Virus record (IMG/VR): IMGVR_UViG_3300042509_001112
Location: 33,847 to 97,846 of that record
Reading direction: 5' to 3' (one strand)
Length of the DNA stretch: 64,000 nt
From: a virus
Shown here piece after piece: positions 46,849-58,800 of the stretch (position 1 is its first letter; each line of letters opens with the position of its first letter). Both the position numbers and the translations under genes were made by a program. The notes under the pieces were generated by a model, which was not told the DNA's origin, searched no databases, and saw nothing but the letters and a program-made list of their open reading frames with translations.

Positions 46849-49800
46849 ATGCCTGAAAATAATAATACATATTTATCTCAATTTAAACCTCAAGATTTTA
46901 GTGGTTTATTAGCAGTTGCACCAAAAGGTGCTACTACTATGTATGGATTTAAAGAATCTCAATACGCAAAGGATTTTAATGTACCTATGTATGGTGAGAT
47001 GTCTGATAAAGTAGCTGCATTACAAGAAGCTAGAGCTCAAGAACAACCTTTTTATGATAAACTTGCTAACAGTACACTTAAATTAGCTGCTGTTGCTGGT
47101 ACTACATTTGTAGATATATATGCTGGTACTGCTACAGGTTTAATTAACATGGGATTAAAAAGTACTGAATTATTAATTGATAATAAAGAAGATAATTGGT
47201 GGGATGCAACTAAATCTGTTGTTAATGCTTTTGTTAATAATCCTACATCTGTAGCTCTTAATAGTTTTAATGATTGGCTTGATAGTGATGTTTTAGTTAA
47301 TTATAGAACTAAAAAAGAAATGGATAATGAGTGGTGGCAAAATGCTTTAAGTGCTGAAGGTGCTGCTAACTTTTGGGGAGAAAATATATTAAAGAATGCT
47401 GGTTTTATGGTAGGTGCTATGAGTGCTAGTAAATTAGTTGGAGCTGGATTATCTAGATTAGTTAAATTAGAAGCAGCAAGAACTGAATTTAAAACCATAC
47501 AAAATGCTGCTACAAAATTAGGATTAGGTGAAGATATAGCTGCTAAAAATATGGATGAAATTATGAATATTGCTAGAAATAATCCAGCAATGTATGGAGC
47601 AGCATCTGAATCTGTTATAAAAGATTTAGGAAATGCAGCTCAAAAAGTTAGAGCTAAAACTTTTCAAGTACAAGCAGGAGCAGCAACATTAGGTGCTTTT
47701 GGTGAAGCTAGAATGGAAGCTATTGGTAATGGTAATCAATATAGAGAATCTTTATTAATGCCTTTAAATCAAAAATATAAACAAGGTTTAATTACTGAAG
47801 ATGAATATAATGAAGAGTTAAAAAAGATTGATAAACAAGTAGAAGCATATCAAAATGTTTCTTGGTTATCAAATGCTTTATTATTAACTGGAAGTAATTA
47901 TTTAGGATGGAGAGATAGCTTTTTAAAACCTTATGATTATAATGCAAAAAATATAATAGGTAAAAGAGAAGGTAGTATTGCTAAAGGATATAATTATGTA
48001 GCCCCACCAATATTTACAACAGCACTTAAAAGAAAAGCTGTTGATGCTTTCAGAGAATCTCAAGAAGAACAAGCACAGTTTTTTATAGATAAAGCTACAG
48101 GTAGTTATATTAATGCATTATATAATGGTAATGATTATGCACAAAGTTTAGGTAAAGCATTATCTGAAGGTTTTTCTGAAACTTATGGTTCTGCTGAAGG
48201 TTGGGAGAATGCATTTGCTGGAGCTTTATTTGGTGCAGTAGGTGTACCAGGTGTTGGTGGTGGTTTTAGGAGTGAATATAAAAATCTTAAAGCTAAAACT
48301 GCTGAAGAAGCTGCTGCTATAGAAAATCTTAATAAGTTTATTCAAGAAGGTAATTTAACTAATAATAAAGATTCTATATTAGCTAAAGCTTTTTATAGTA
48401 ATATTGCTTTATCAGGTGATCAAAATAATGCTGTTCTTGAAAATGATAGAAAAGCATATGAAGATTTAAAACATCAAAAGTTTTTTAATTTAGCTAATGC
48501 TTTTATTGATGCAGGTAAGTATGAAGATTTTTTAGATTTAATAGAATCTGAAGCAGATTTAGATGTTGAAGAAATTAAAAAGAAATATAGTTATAAAAAT
48601 TCTGATGGTGTAGAAGTAAGTTATTTTGAAAATAAAGATGCTAGTGAAATTAAATCAACTATTGCTAGTACAATTAATAAAGTTAAAACAGAGTATCAAA
48701 ACCTTAGAGATTTAAAAGATAGTTTATCAACTCTATATCAAAATACTTTTGTTAAAATAAAAGATGAGAATGGTAAAGATGTTGAAATATTAGCTAGAGA
48801 TATGATTACCCAAATGTTTTATATGGGTAAAAAAAGAGATGAAAGGATAACAGATTTAAGAGCTAAAATATCTGATATATTAACTAGAAACTATAAAGTA
48901 AGTAGTGATAAAAATGCTGATCAAGTAAGTAATGTAATGAACTTACAAAAACTTGTTGATGATAGTTTTACAAAAGATTTTGAAGGAGGTAAAGCTAATA
49001 GAAATGCTATTATTGATGAGTTTAATAAATTTACAAATACTCTTGATGATAAACTCAATGGTGTTGATATTAAACAAACTAGACAATTATTTCAAGATTA
49101 TCTAGATTTAATTACTGAAAGAGCAATTGCTAATATTAATTTAGCTCAACTTAGTAAGAATGATTTTTCTGATTTAGTAACTGCAATTAATAAAAGAATT
49201 GAAGAAGCTAATGCAGCTAAAAATCAAAAAGAAATGAATGAGTTTAATGCTGAATTAGATGATGAAGCTAAACTTAATTTTGTTAAAAATAAAGCTAAAG
49301 AAGCTGGTTATGTAGATAAAGATGGTAATCCTTATTTTGGTAAATTCTTTACCATGACTGATAGTAAAGGTACTAGAACATTTGAAATAGATCCTAGTAA
49401 TGCTGTTGAGATTAGAAAAGATTTAATTGCTGAAAGAGATGGTATTATAGCTGAGATGGATCCTAAGAATGTAGATGGTATAAAACAAGTTACACTTGAT
49501 TATGAAGAATTAATTGCACAAGCAATTGCTGCTAATACAGCAGGAGGATTTATTAAAAATCTTGAAGATAATGCTTATATTGTAGGTAAAGATGGTAAAG
49601 AAATTTCTTTTGATGATAAATTTGCTATTGAATATTATAATAAAATAAAATTTTTATCTAAAGAAGAAGCTAAAGCATTAAAAATTAAATTAAATATTAT
49701 AAGAACTAATCAAGCTAAAATTGATGCTTTGCAAAAATTAGCTAATGAATTAGATCGTGATATTGTAAAAGAAGTTGATAGTATTAAAAATGAATTACTT

Positions 49801-52800
49801 AATAGAAGTATATTAGAAAAAGAATTAGAACAAGCTAAATTATTAGCTGAGCAAGTAAAAGATAATGTTGTTGATAAAGAATTTATTGATAATTTAATTA
49901 AATCTCTTACTGAACAATTAGAAGCTTGTAATAAAGCAATTGAAAGAGTTGAAAAGTCTAAACAAGCTATTTATAGACAACAAGAAGAAATAACTCAATT
50001 AGTTAATTTAATTAAAGAATCTTTAGAAAAAGAGAACTTTTCTATTAGGCAATTTTTAGATACTTTAGAAAGTGGATTTATAGATAATATAGATAGAGTA
50101 ATGGGTTTAAGTCTTGTTGAAGATTTAGAAACATTAGCTAATATGACTGATTATAATGAAGCTTTAAGTAATCTAGAAACATTAAAAAGCAGTGTTCAAG
50201 ATAGGATTAACGTCTTAACTAAGAAAATAGATTTTCTTGAAGCTTTAAAAACTAAATCAATTAGTTATAAAAATTTAATTGTCGGTACCAAACAAGCTAA
50301 TATGCCTAATTGGTTTACTGAAAAATGGAAAGTGTTTTACCCTGTATCTGGTAATAATATTGAGAATTTACTTAAAGATCCTAAAAAATTTGCTAGATTT
50401 CAATATGGTATAAATAAGTATGCTGAACGTAATAACATAACACCTAATCAAGCTTATGATAGGTTTATGCAAGATTACTATAAAGTGCAACAAGAACTTG
50501 AAATTCAAGCTAATTATGCTGAACAACAAAGTATTGATAATGAAATATTAATTATTAAACAAGATCTTGATCTTTTAAATAGACAATTAAGAGCAATTGA
50601 TAATGTTACTGAATTTAAGCGTCAAGAATCTTTTGTAGATAATTTAAAAGCTACTATAGATAAAATATCAATAGATTATGCTATTGCTTTAAATCGTGCA
50701 TTAAGAGCAATTAAAATACCTCTTAGTCAAGAGAGTGATCCTAAGTTTAGTCAAGATAATCCTCCTACTCAACAAGCATCTGCTAATTTACATAAAGGTG
50801 CTTTAAGTAGTAATTTATATTATACAACTAATAAAGTTGTTGAATATTTACCAGGATCTAAAACATTTCAAACTTTATATGATGATGAAGGTAAACCTAT
50901 ACTTAATTCTAATGATGACTCTAGAAGATGGAATTCATTCTTAGAAATGAATCCTGATATTAAAGATCCATATAAGAGAGCTAAATATACTTTACAAGCA
51001 TTTCATTATAAAACAGATGATCAGATGCCTGATGATCTAAAGAAAGCTGTTAAAAATGCATTAAAAGGTAATGAAACAGATAATACTATAGTAGTTGCTA
51101 TGGTATCTACTGAAAATGGTTCATTTATTAAAGCTGATGTTAATGGTAAACTTGATGGAGATGGTGGATATGTATTTACATTTTTACCTGAATCTGATAA
51201 TTTATTTGCTGGTACTTTAAAGAAAGATGGTTCTATTGATAAAATCAATATGACAGGTTTATTAGACTTTTATAAAAAACATAGTGGTCATAAAGAAGTA
51301 ATACCTTATAGTGCTATCACAAATACCAAACATGATCCTTTATTTAAATTAAGTTGGAAAAAACCTGAAAATAGAGTACCTTTATTTGAAATAAGAGAAG
51401 AAATTGTTAATTTTGCTATTAATAAACATAAAGAATCTATTAGTAAAATTATTAATGATTTACAAGAAGGTGAAGTATATTTACCTATTGAATCAGTTAC
51501 TAATGGTATATTATTAACTACTAATAATAAAGATGCTGAAGGTAATAAAATTAATAATTATGTACCTGTAAGAAATGTTCTTAGATATAAAAGAGGTATT
51601 GATGTTTCAACAGAAAAAGGTTTAGATAAAGTAACTGTAACAGTAGTTACTAAATCTATACAAACATTAAATGGTAGTAATGTTATAGTTAAAAATGCTA
51701 AGATAGGTTCAGTTATTGTTTATAATAAAGAAACAAAAGAATATTTTTATGCTACACAAAGGTTTGTAAATAGCGATGAGATTGATTTAATATTACATAT
51801 TATTCAAAAGTATGGTGGTAATAAAGATGAAGCTTTACAAGATTTATTTGTTAATATAAATAATTCTAAAACAAATGAATATTATTACGATAAAAAACAA
51901 GGTAGTAAATTACCTGTTTTTATGTCTTCTAATAGATTATCTTTAATGAATAATATTATTTATTGGGGAGTACCTAAAAATGCTACTAAAAGTGGTAAAG
52001 GTAAATTAAATAAGAATAATATTTATATTCAAGGTGGTAAAGTACATTTTCCTAATATTGATAATAATAATATATTTACTTCTGTAAATATTGCTGATTT
52101 AGGAAGAGATACTGCAGAACGTAGAAGACTTATTGCTTTTTTAGCTACTAAAAGAATTAATGTACCAACATCAATGTTACAAACAGCTGCTGGTAGAGGA
52201 GGAATTTATTACAAACCTTATTTAAATAAAGCAACAAATGAAATATCTTGGGAACAAATAGAAGGAGGATATCTTTCTTATTTGTTTAATGGAGGTAAAG
52301 CAAGTGATCCAATATTAACTACAAATGCTATATCAGAACCTTTACAAACCGCTGATTCAAAAACTAAGTCTGAAGATATATTATTTGCTTCAAAAAATGT
52401 TATATTAAAAACAGATGAAAATGGTTTAATAAAAACTAAAAATACTTTTGTAGCAGATCAACCTTTAGCAAAAACTGAGAAAAAAACATATAAAGGTAAA
52501 AGAACTGCTAGTAAAGATAAAACTACAAAAACTAGTAATCAAGCAGCTGAAACAACTACTGAAGAAGCTAAAGAACAACAAGAAAATTGTAAGACAGGTG
52601 GTGGTAAAAAAAGCAATAGTAAAGAAAGTACTGGTAAAAAAAGAACTGCTGGTGAAATGACTGAAGAAGAAATGGAAGCTTATGCAAAGGATATGGCACA
52701 AGGAATGGCACATTTTGGTTTTAAATCAAAAAAGACAACTACTAGTACTGATATAAATGATGATATATTAGCACCTGCACCTGAATCTACTAAATTAAAT

Positions 52801-52824
52801 AAAAAACCTAGAACAAAAAATTAA
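46849..52824 (+). CDS. Giant virion ejection protein
   Basis: 1991 aa; Gly/Ala-rich membrane-like N-terminal region, ESQEE motif, long coiled coil. Confidence 0.7.
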   Translation: MPENNNTYLSQFKPQDFSGLLAVAPKGATTMYGFKESQYAKDFNVPMYGEMSDKVAALQEARAQEQPFYDKLANSTLKLAAVAGTTFVDIYAGTATGLINMGLKSTELLIDNKEDNWWDATKSVVNAFVNNPTSVALNSFNDWLDSDVLVNYRTKKEMDNEWWQNALSAEGAANFWGENILKNAGFMVGAMSASKLVGAGLSRLVKLEAARTEFKTIQNAATKLGLGEDIAAKNMDEIMNIARNNPAMYGAASESVIKDLGNAAQKVRAKTFQVQAGAATLGAFGEARMEAIGNGNQYRESLLMPLNQKYKQGLITEDEYNEELKKIDKQVEAYQNVSWLSNALLLTGSNYLGWRDSFLKPYDYNAKNIIGKREGSIAKGYNYVAPPIFTTALKRKAVDAFRESQEEQAQFFIDKATGSYINALYNGNDYAQSLGKALSEGFSETYGSAEGWENAFAGALFGAVGVPGVGGGFRSEYKNLKAKTAEEAAAIENLNKFIQEGNLTNNKDSILAKAFYSNIALSGDQNNAVLENDRKAYEDLKHQKFFNLANAFIDAGKYEDFLDLIESEADLDVEEIKKKYSYKNSDGVEVSYFENKDASEIKSTIASTINKVKTEYQNLRDLKDSLSTLYQNTFVKIKDENGKDVEILARDMITQMFYMGKKRDERITDLRAKISDILTRNYKVSSDKNADQVSNVMNLQKLVDDSFTKDFEGGKANRNAIIDEFNKFTNTLDDKLNGVDIKQTRQLFQDYLDLITERAIANINLAQLSKNDFSDLVTAINKRIEEANAAKNQKEMNEFNAELDDEAKLNFVKNKAKEAGYVDKDGNPYFGKFFTMTDSKGTRTFEIDPSNAVEIRKDLIAERDGIIAEMDPKNVDGIKQVTLDYEELIAQAIAANTAGGFIKNLEDNAYIVGKDGKEISFDDKFAIEYYNKIKFLSKEEAKALKIKLNIIRTNQAKIDALQKLANELDRDIVKEVDSIKNELLNRSILEKELEQAKLLAEQVKDNVVDKEFIDNLIKSLTEQLEACNKAIERVEKSKQAIYRQQEEITQLVNLIKESLEKENFSIRQFLDTLESGFIDNIDRVMGLSLVEDLETLANMTDYNEALSNLETLKSSVQDRINVLTKKIDFLEALKTKSISYKNLIVGTKQANMPNWFTEKWKVFYPVSGNNIENLLKDPKKFARFQYGINKYAERNNITPNQAYDRFMQDYYKVQQELEIQANYAEQQSIDNEILIIKQDLDLLNRQLRAIDNVTEFKRQESFVDNLKATIDKISIDYAIALNRALRAIKIPLSQESDPKFSQDNPPTQQASANLHKGALSSNLYYTTNKVVEYLPGSKTFQTLYDDEGKPILNSNDDSRRWNSFLEMNPDIKDPYKRAKYTLQAFHYKTDDQMPDDLKKAVKNALKGNETDNTIVVAMVSTENGSFIKADVNGKLDGDGGYVFTFLPESDNLFAGTLKKDGSIDKINMTGLLDFYKKHSGHKEVIPYSAITNTKHDPLFKLSWKKPENRVPLFEIREEIVNFAINKHKESISKIINDLQEGEVYLPIESVTNGILLTTNNKDAEGNKINNYVPVRNVLRYKRGIDVSTEKGLDKVTVTVVTKSIQTLNGSNVIVKNAKIGSVIVYNKETKEYFYATQRFVNSDEIDLILHIIQKYGGNKDEALQDLFVNINNSKTNEYYYDKKQGSKLPVFMSSNRLSLMNNIIYWGVPKNATKSGKGKLNKNNIYIQGGKVHFPNIDNNNIFTSVNIADLGRDTAERRRLIAFLATKRINVPTSMLQTAAGRGGIYYKPYLNKATNEISWEQIEGGYLSYLFNGGKASDPILTTNAISEPLQTADSKTKSEDILFASKNVILKTDENGLIKTKNTFVADQPLAKTEKKTYKGKRTASKDKTTKTSNQAAETTTEEAKEQQENCKTGGGKKSNSKESTGKKRTAGEMTEEEMEAYAKDMAQGMAHFGFKSKKTTTSTDINDDILAPAPESTKLNKKPRTKN

Positions 52825-52832
52825 ATTTTAAT

Positions 52833-55800
52833 ATGACGTGTCCTAATATAAATACTGATGAATGGAAAGCTTTAGAAGCTAAGTATGATGAAGATAAAGC
52901 TTATCTTTTATATTATAGAAATAATGGTGTTATACCTTCATTAAAAGAAGCTGATAAAATAATTAAACAAACACCTGATATACTTAATAAATTTATTTTT
53001 GAAGGTGTAGAATTAAATGCTGCTCAAAGAAATGAATTGTTTAGTAGTTTAAAATATTATTTTATTGCTAATTTAGTTAATGATTTAGATAATAGTCAAG
53101 ACTATGCTAATCTTTTAGATGATAGTATTGATGCAGCTGAAATTTTTCAACAAGTATATGAAACATCATTAGATGATGTTATTAATAGTTTACCAGAACA
53201 GCATGATGAAATTTCTATTGCTTTAGCTCAAGATTATGCTAATAATAATTTAGCTAAAGACTTAGGTGTTGATCCTTCAGAAGGTAGTCATCGTAATGCA
53301 GTATATGAGCAATTTAAAACTTATATGAGTACTGTATTAAATTTTAAAGAAAATCAAGAAGATGATGATAAAGATACTCAAAACAATAATAATAAAGAAC
53401 AAATTAAAGATAGTTGGATAAAAGAATCTATTGAACAAAATAGAAAAGATAGTTTCTCTAGAGGTATTAAATTATTATTATCAGGTGTTCCTAGATTATT
53501 AGATGCTGAAGATTTAAAAGATTTCTCTAGTTATGATATTAATGAATCTAAAGATGCATTAGGATTAATTAGATCTATAGATCAAAGTGAAATTAATAAT
53601 ACATTAACTAATTTATTTGCTAATGTAACTCCAACAATAGAAAACTTTATAGATGTTATAGAAAATAATAAAGATCAATTTCCAGAATTACAATGGATAT
53701 ACAATAAAGTATTTAATGCTGTAGATATTATTTCAGATGATGAAGGTAATAGTATTGCTGAGTTAAAGGATAATAGTATAACATCTTTACCAAAGATTAA
53801 TTTAATGATTAAGTTTTTACAATCATTTAGTAATAATAAGTATAACTTAATAACTTATGTAGTACAACCTGCTGAAAATGGTTATATAATTAAACCTCAA
53901 GATGCTGATAGTAATAGCATTCAGCGTAAGATGGTAGAAGAATGGAGAAGTAATTTATTAAACACAATTATTGATAAAAATTTTATTACTAAATTAAAAG
54001 AATTAATTGAAGATAAACAAAATGATAACCGTGCTGAAGAAATTTTAAATTTGTTAGAATTTCCTATGGCTAATTATGATTTGTTAGATCCTAATTCATC
54101 AGTATTTAATAATACCATACTTATTAAAGGTAGTGATAATAAATTTATTGATGTCGCATCAGATTTTATAGATGAGTTAGAAGCTAATTTAAAAAGAGAA
54201 GACTTTAGTTTTGAAGAATTTTTTAATCCTAAAGTAAATAAAGACTTATATGTATTAAGTTTTGGTTTAATAGAACATAATAGTCCTTTTAGACAAGATT
54301 ATGATGGTCAGTTATTTAATAGTGATGGTAATCTTGTATCTAAAAATAACTTAAATAGTTATCAAACTTTGTTATTAAACAGAGTTAAAAATACTATTAA
54401 TAAAGTTAGAAAAAATAATTCTAATAAAAAAGGTAATAATAAACTTAATGATAATAAACTTAAAGAACTAATTTTAAAACAATTAGAAATTGAAACTCCT
54501 GAAATATTAAATCTATGGTCATCAGATAGTATAATTCTTGAAAGATTAATAGATGGTGAAAATATTGAGTTTTCTCTTTTAGATGGTATGAAATCTACAA
54601 CTAAAAATGAGAATAGTACTACAGGAGCAATGGTTGAAACAGATCTTTGGTCTACATTTATCAATAGTAATTTACATAATATATTAACACCAGTTAAACA
54701 TTCAGATAGAAGTAGTTTTCTTGGTATTAAAATGCCTTATGGTTCTACTGATATTTTAGGTAATGGAGGTGAATTTTATTCTACATCTAATTGGGAAGAT
54801 ATATTTAAAACTTATATATATCAATATTTAAAAACTGAACTTAAAAGAATTAAATCAGTTAGAACTACTAAAACTGGTATACCTTTAATGGATAAACAAG
54901 GAGTTAACTTTGTTTTATTTGATGGTTTATTTGATAAAAGTGAAAATAGTAAAAAGATATTAGATAAATTACTTAAAGAAAATCTTAATACTTATAACTT
55001 ATCAAGTGATATAAATGTTCAAAAGTTAGTTGATAAGTGGGTAAATAATTATCTTACAACTAGTGTTGAAAAAGCTCGAATGGCTCAAATAAATAGTACA
55101 GGTAAAGGAGAAAGTATTGATACAGTAATAGCTCAAGAATATTTTAAACGTATTCCTGCTATTAAAAATAACTATGATAAGCTTATAGAAATTGCTGCAG
55201 CTAAACATTTTATTAGTGCTGTAGAACAATCTAAACTATTCTTTGGTGATCCTGCTCTATATGGTATTAAAGAAAAAGATGGTATTTTAATCTATGATAT
55301 GATTAAAAGGTTAAACATGCAGTCATCTACTAAACAAGTATCTGTTGTTGATAATACTACTAATAGTTTCTTAAATTCAATTTTAAAGTCAGATGATTTT
55401 AAAATTACTTTAAATGGCAAAACATTTGAATACAAAAAAGATTTTAATGGTGATATTAATGAATTAGTTATTAATGATCCTGAAACAATAAGTTCTATTG
55501 GTAATGAACTTAAAATATTGTTTGGTGAAGATTCACCTGAATATAAAGCTTATGCTAAAGGATTTGAAGAATCAGATGGTTATAGTATAGGTAATATATT
55601 CTTTGCTATAGAAACTTTATTTAGAACTGAAGGTATTAATCCTGGTAGATTAGAATTAGCTAAAAAAGAAATTAAAGCAATTAGTGCTACTCAAGAAGAG
55701 TTTTATAATCTGTATACTGTACCTGAAGGTATGGAAACTAAAGATTATATAAACAATAATTTAAGACCTTTTACACAACAAAAGTTTCAATATGTAGGTC

Positions 55801-58800
55801 CTAACTATCAAAAAAGTAGACAAGATTATATTGCAGAAGGTACTGATAGTAATTGGCAAGATAGGATAGGAGTTGTTGCAGGTAGAAAAACATCTTATGG
55901 ATTTTTAATGCCTAGTATGATTAAAGGTACTATATTAGAACAACTCAATAACTTTATGTTAGAGAATGGTATAGACGTTATACATTTTAGTTCTGCTGCT
56001 AAATTTGGTGCTGCTAATTCTAGAGATTTTTATAATACTATAAAAACTGAAGATGGTGAATATACTGTTGGATTTAATACACTTGCTATTGAAGATAATG
56101 AGAGAGGTGTATTAGATTTTAGATATATGGGTAAGCAACAAGAAATTGCTTATGAAACTAAAAATAAAATAGTTGATTCTACACAGGCTAGAAAAAATGA
56201 GAATGCTGGTATTATGTTAGCTGGTGAATTACCTATTGATTTTAATGGTACTTTAGAAGAATGGAATAGTTTATCTTATGAAGAAAAAAGACAACAGTCT
56301 GATTTATTTGATCTTTTAGAAGAAAAAGATCAAGCAGTTAGTGATTATGTTAATAAATTAACTAATACTTTATTTAATGAGTATAAAATAGATAATGCTA
56401 ATAATATAACTGATCCTATAGCATTTGTTAATCTTATTAAAAATGCTGCTGTTGAAAGAGGTACAGCAGATAATATTATAGATGCTATTGTAAATTGGTT
56501 AGATTCTGATGAAAACTTAAAACCAATTGAATCATTACCTGATTTTAAGAAAGTACAATATATTTTAACTAGTATTATTACTAATAATATTCTTATATTA
56601 AAGAGAAATGGTACTATGTTACCACAAGCACCTAGTACTGGATGGGAAAGTGTTAGTAGACAAGTACTTGATGGTAAATTTACAGCAGGTAGTTATTTAA
56701 AGTATTATCAACCTATACTTGATGAGAATGGTGATGTGTTAGAATTAATACCTGCAGAATGTGCAATGCCTTTAAATCCTGATGATATAGATAAGTTATT
56801 TAAACAATATCCACAAGCTAATAGAAATATTAATAAACTATTAGATATCTTAAATGCTGAATTAGATGAAAAGTTTAAGTCAGGTAATCTTAGTGATGTA
56901 CCTATGATAAAAGCACTTAGGATTCCACATCAGCAATTATCTAGTACAGATGTACTCAGAGTAAGGAGATGGTTAAATCCTATCTATAATCAAACAATAT
57001 TAGTTCCTAATGAGTTTATTGTAAAAAATGGATCGGATTATGATATTGATAAATTAACTATCTATATGCCTAATTTAAACGATAGTAATGAACCTTATCA
57101 ATATGAATATAATAAAGAAAATTTATTTAATGATTGGTTTTACAATACTATAGGTGAAGAAGTTTTAAATAATGATCAAGATTATTCAGCATTAGTTGAA
57201 GATTTAGTTGATATTAAAGAACAAGAATTAGCTGATAAATTAAATGTTAAAGAAGAATTTAAACAGTTTTATAATTTTGTAGAAAATATTACTGGTTCTA
57301 AAACAAATAACATTAAAGATGCTTTTGATGCACTTAATAAAGCTAGAAAAGAAAAGCGTGATAAAGCTATAGAAATAAGTAATTACTTAAAAAAAGTATA
57401 TAGACAAACTAGAAGTGAAGCTAAAGAAGCTAAAACTTATATTGAAAACTTTGAAGAGTTAGCTGAAACAAGAAAACAATTGTCTGAAGATGTAAAACAT
57501 ATACAAATAGTTATTGATAATATTTTATTATATAATAAACAAAGTAAGCAAAGAAAAACTGATATTGATACTCAGAAAAAAAATGTAAAAGAATTATTAT
57601 ATATTAATAGAGAAGCTATTAAAGATTCTTATAGAGATCAATTTAATGACTTAAGTATTATTGATCTTAACACAAAACAAGCTCATGAAAATAGACTTCT
57701 TGATATAGAATTAAAATTATTACTTCATCCTGCTAGAGCTAAAAGATTTTTAACTCCTGTAATTGAAGGTAGTTTTAAACAGATTGCTAAAGATAAACAA
57801 AAGCAAAAAGTCCAAGAAGAAAAAAATAAAGTTAATAAGACAGTTAATAAACCTGGTGTTAATATGTTTCAGCTTGATGCTTTAGTTGACGGAGTTTTAA
57901 ACTTTACTGGTGGTAAGAAAGGTGTAGGTATTATTGCTACTTGGATTACATTTCAAAATCTTGTTGAAAGATATAATATTAGACTTAAATCTAGTGCTAA
58001 ATTAAATATACCTGGTATTAATAATACTCAAATTGGTAATTATATTCAATTAGCTAATACTACTACTACTGATTTACAAGAACAAGTAGAAAATATATAT
58101 AGTGCTTTAATGACTAGTCAAGTAGATATTGTTAAAGATGATTATGCTGCATTTGTTAATATATGTCTTAATACTCTAAATACTGTTTGTTATTTAGTAA
58201 GTAGAGGTACTCCAACTCAAAATATTATTAGTATTATAGATTCTGAAGCTGTTGTAGAATATTTAAAAATAAAAAATGCTAGACGTGCTTTATCAACAAA
58301 TGCTTATTCAGGATTATCTTCAAATAAGAACATAATAGAGTATTTAGGAACAAAATATAGTAAAAATGAAATCAGTAATCTTTTAACTTATATTGCAGCT
58401 TCAGATCAAGCTAAAGCAATAACTAAAGTTAAAGATTTAATTTCTGCTGATACAAGGTATTTAAAAAGTCCTTCTGAAGTAGATGATGTTACTATTAACT
58501 TATATGCAGAGGTTATGTCTGATGAGGGTATTATACCTCAAGAAGACGTAGAAAAGCTTTTAAATGAAACATTATTAGCTCCATTTGTTAATAGTAGACA
58601 ATCTATTAGTGATGTATTTGGTAAACTATATATTACTAGACAAAATGATAAAGTTAAAGAAAAATTAAATCAAATAAAACTTAATTTATTTTCTCATATA
58701 TTTACAAATGAAGAAAAGAAGAAAGCAATACAAAAGTTTGATGAAAGTTTAATTACTTATTTAATACAAAATGAATCAGGTAAATTTAAAGATAGATTTA

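Noticed and set aside
14226-55229. Short minus-strand ORFs within the late genes
   Set aside because: Antisense shadows of long, well-supported plus-strand genes
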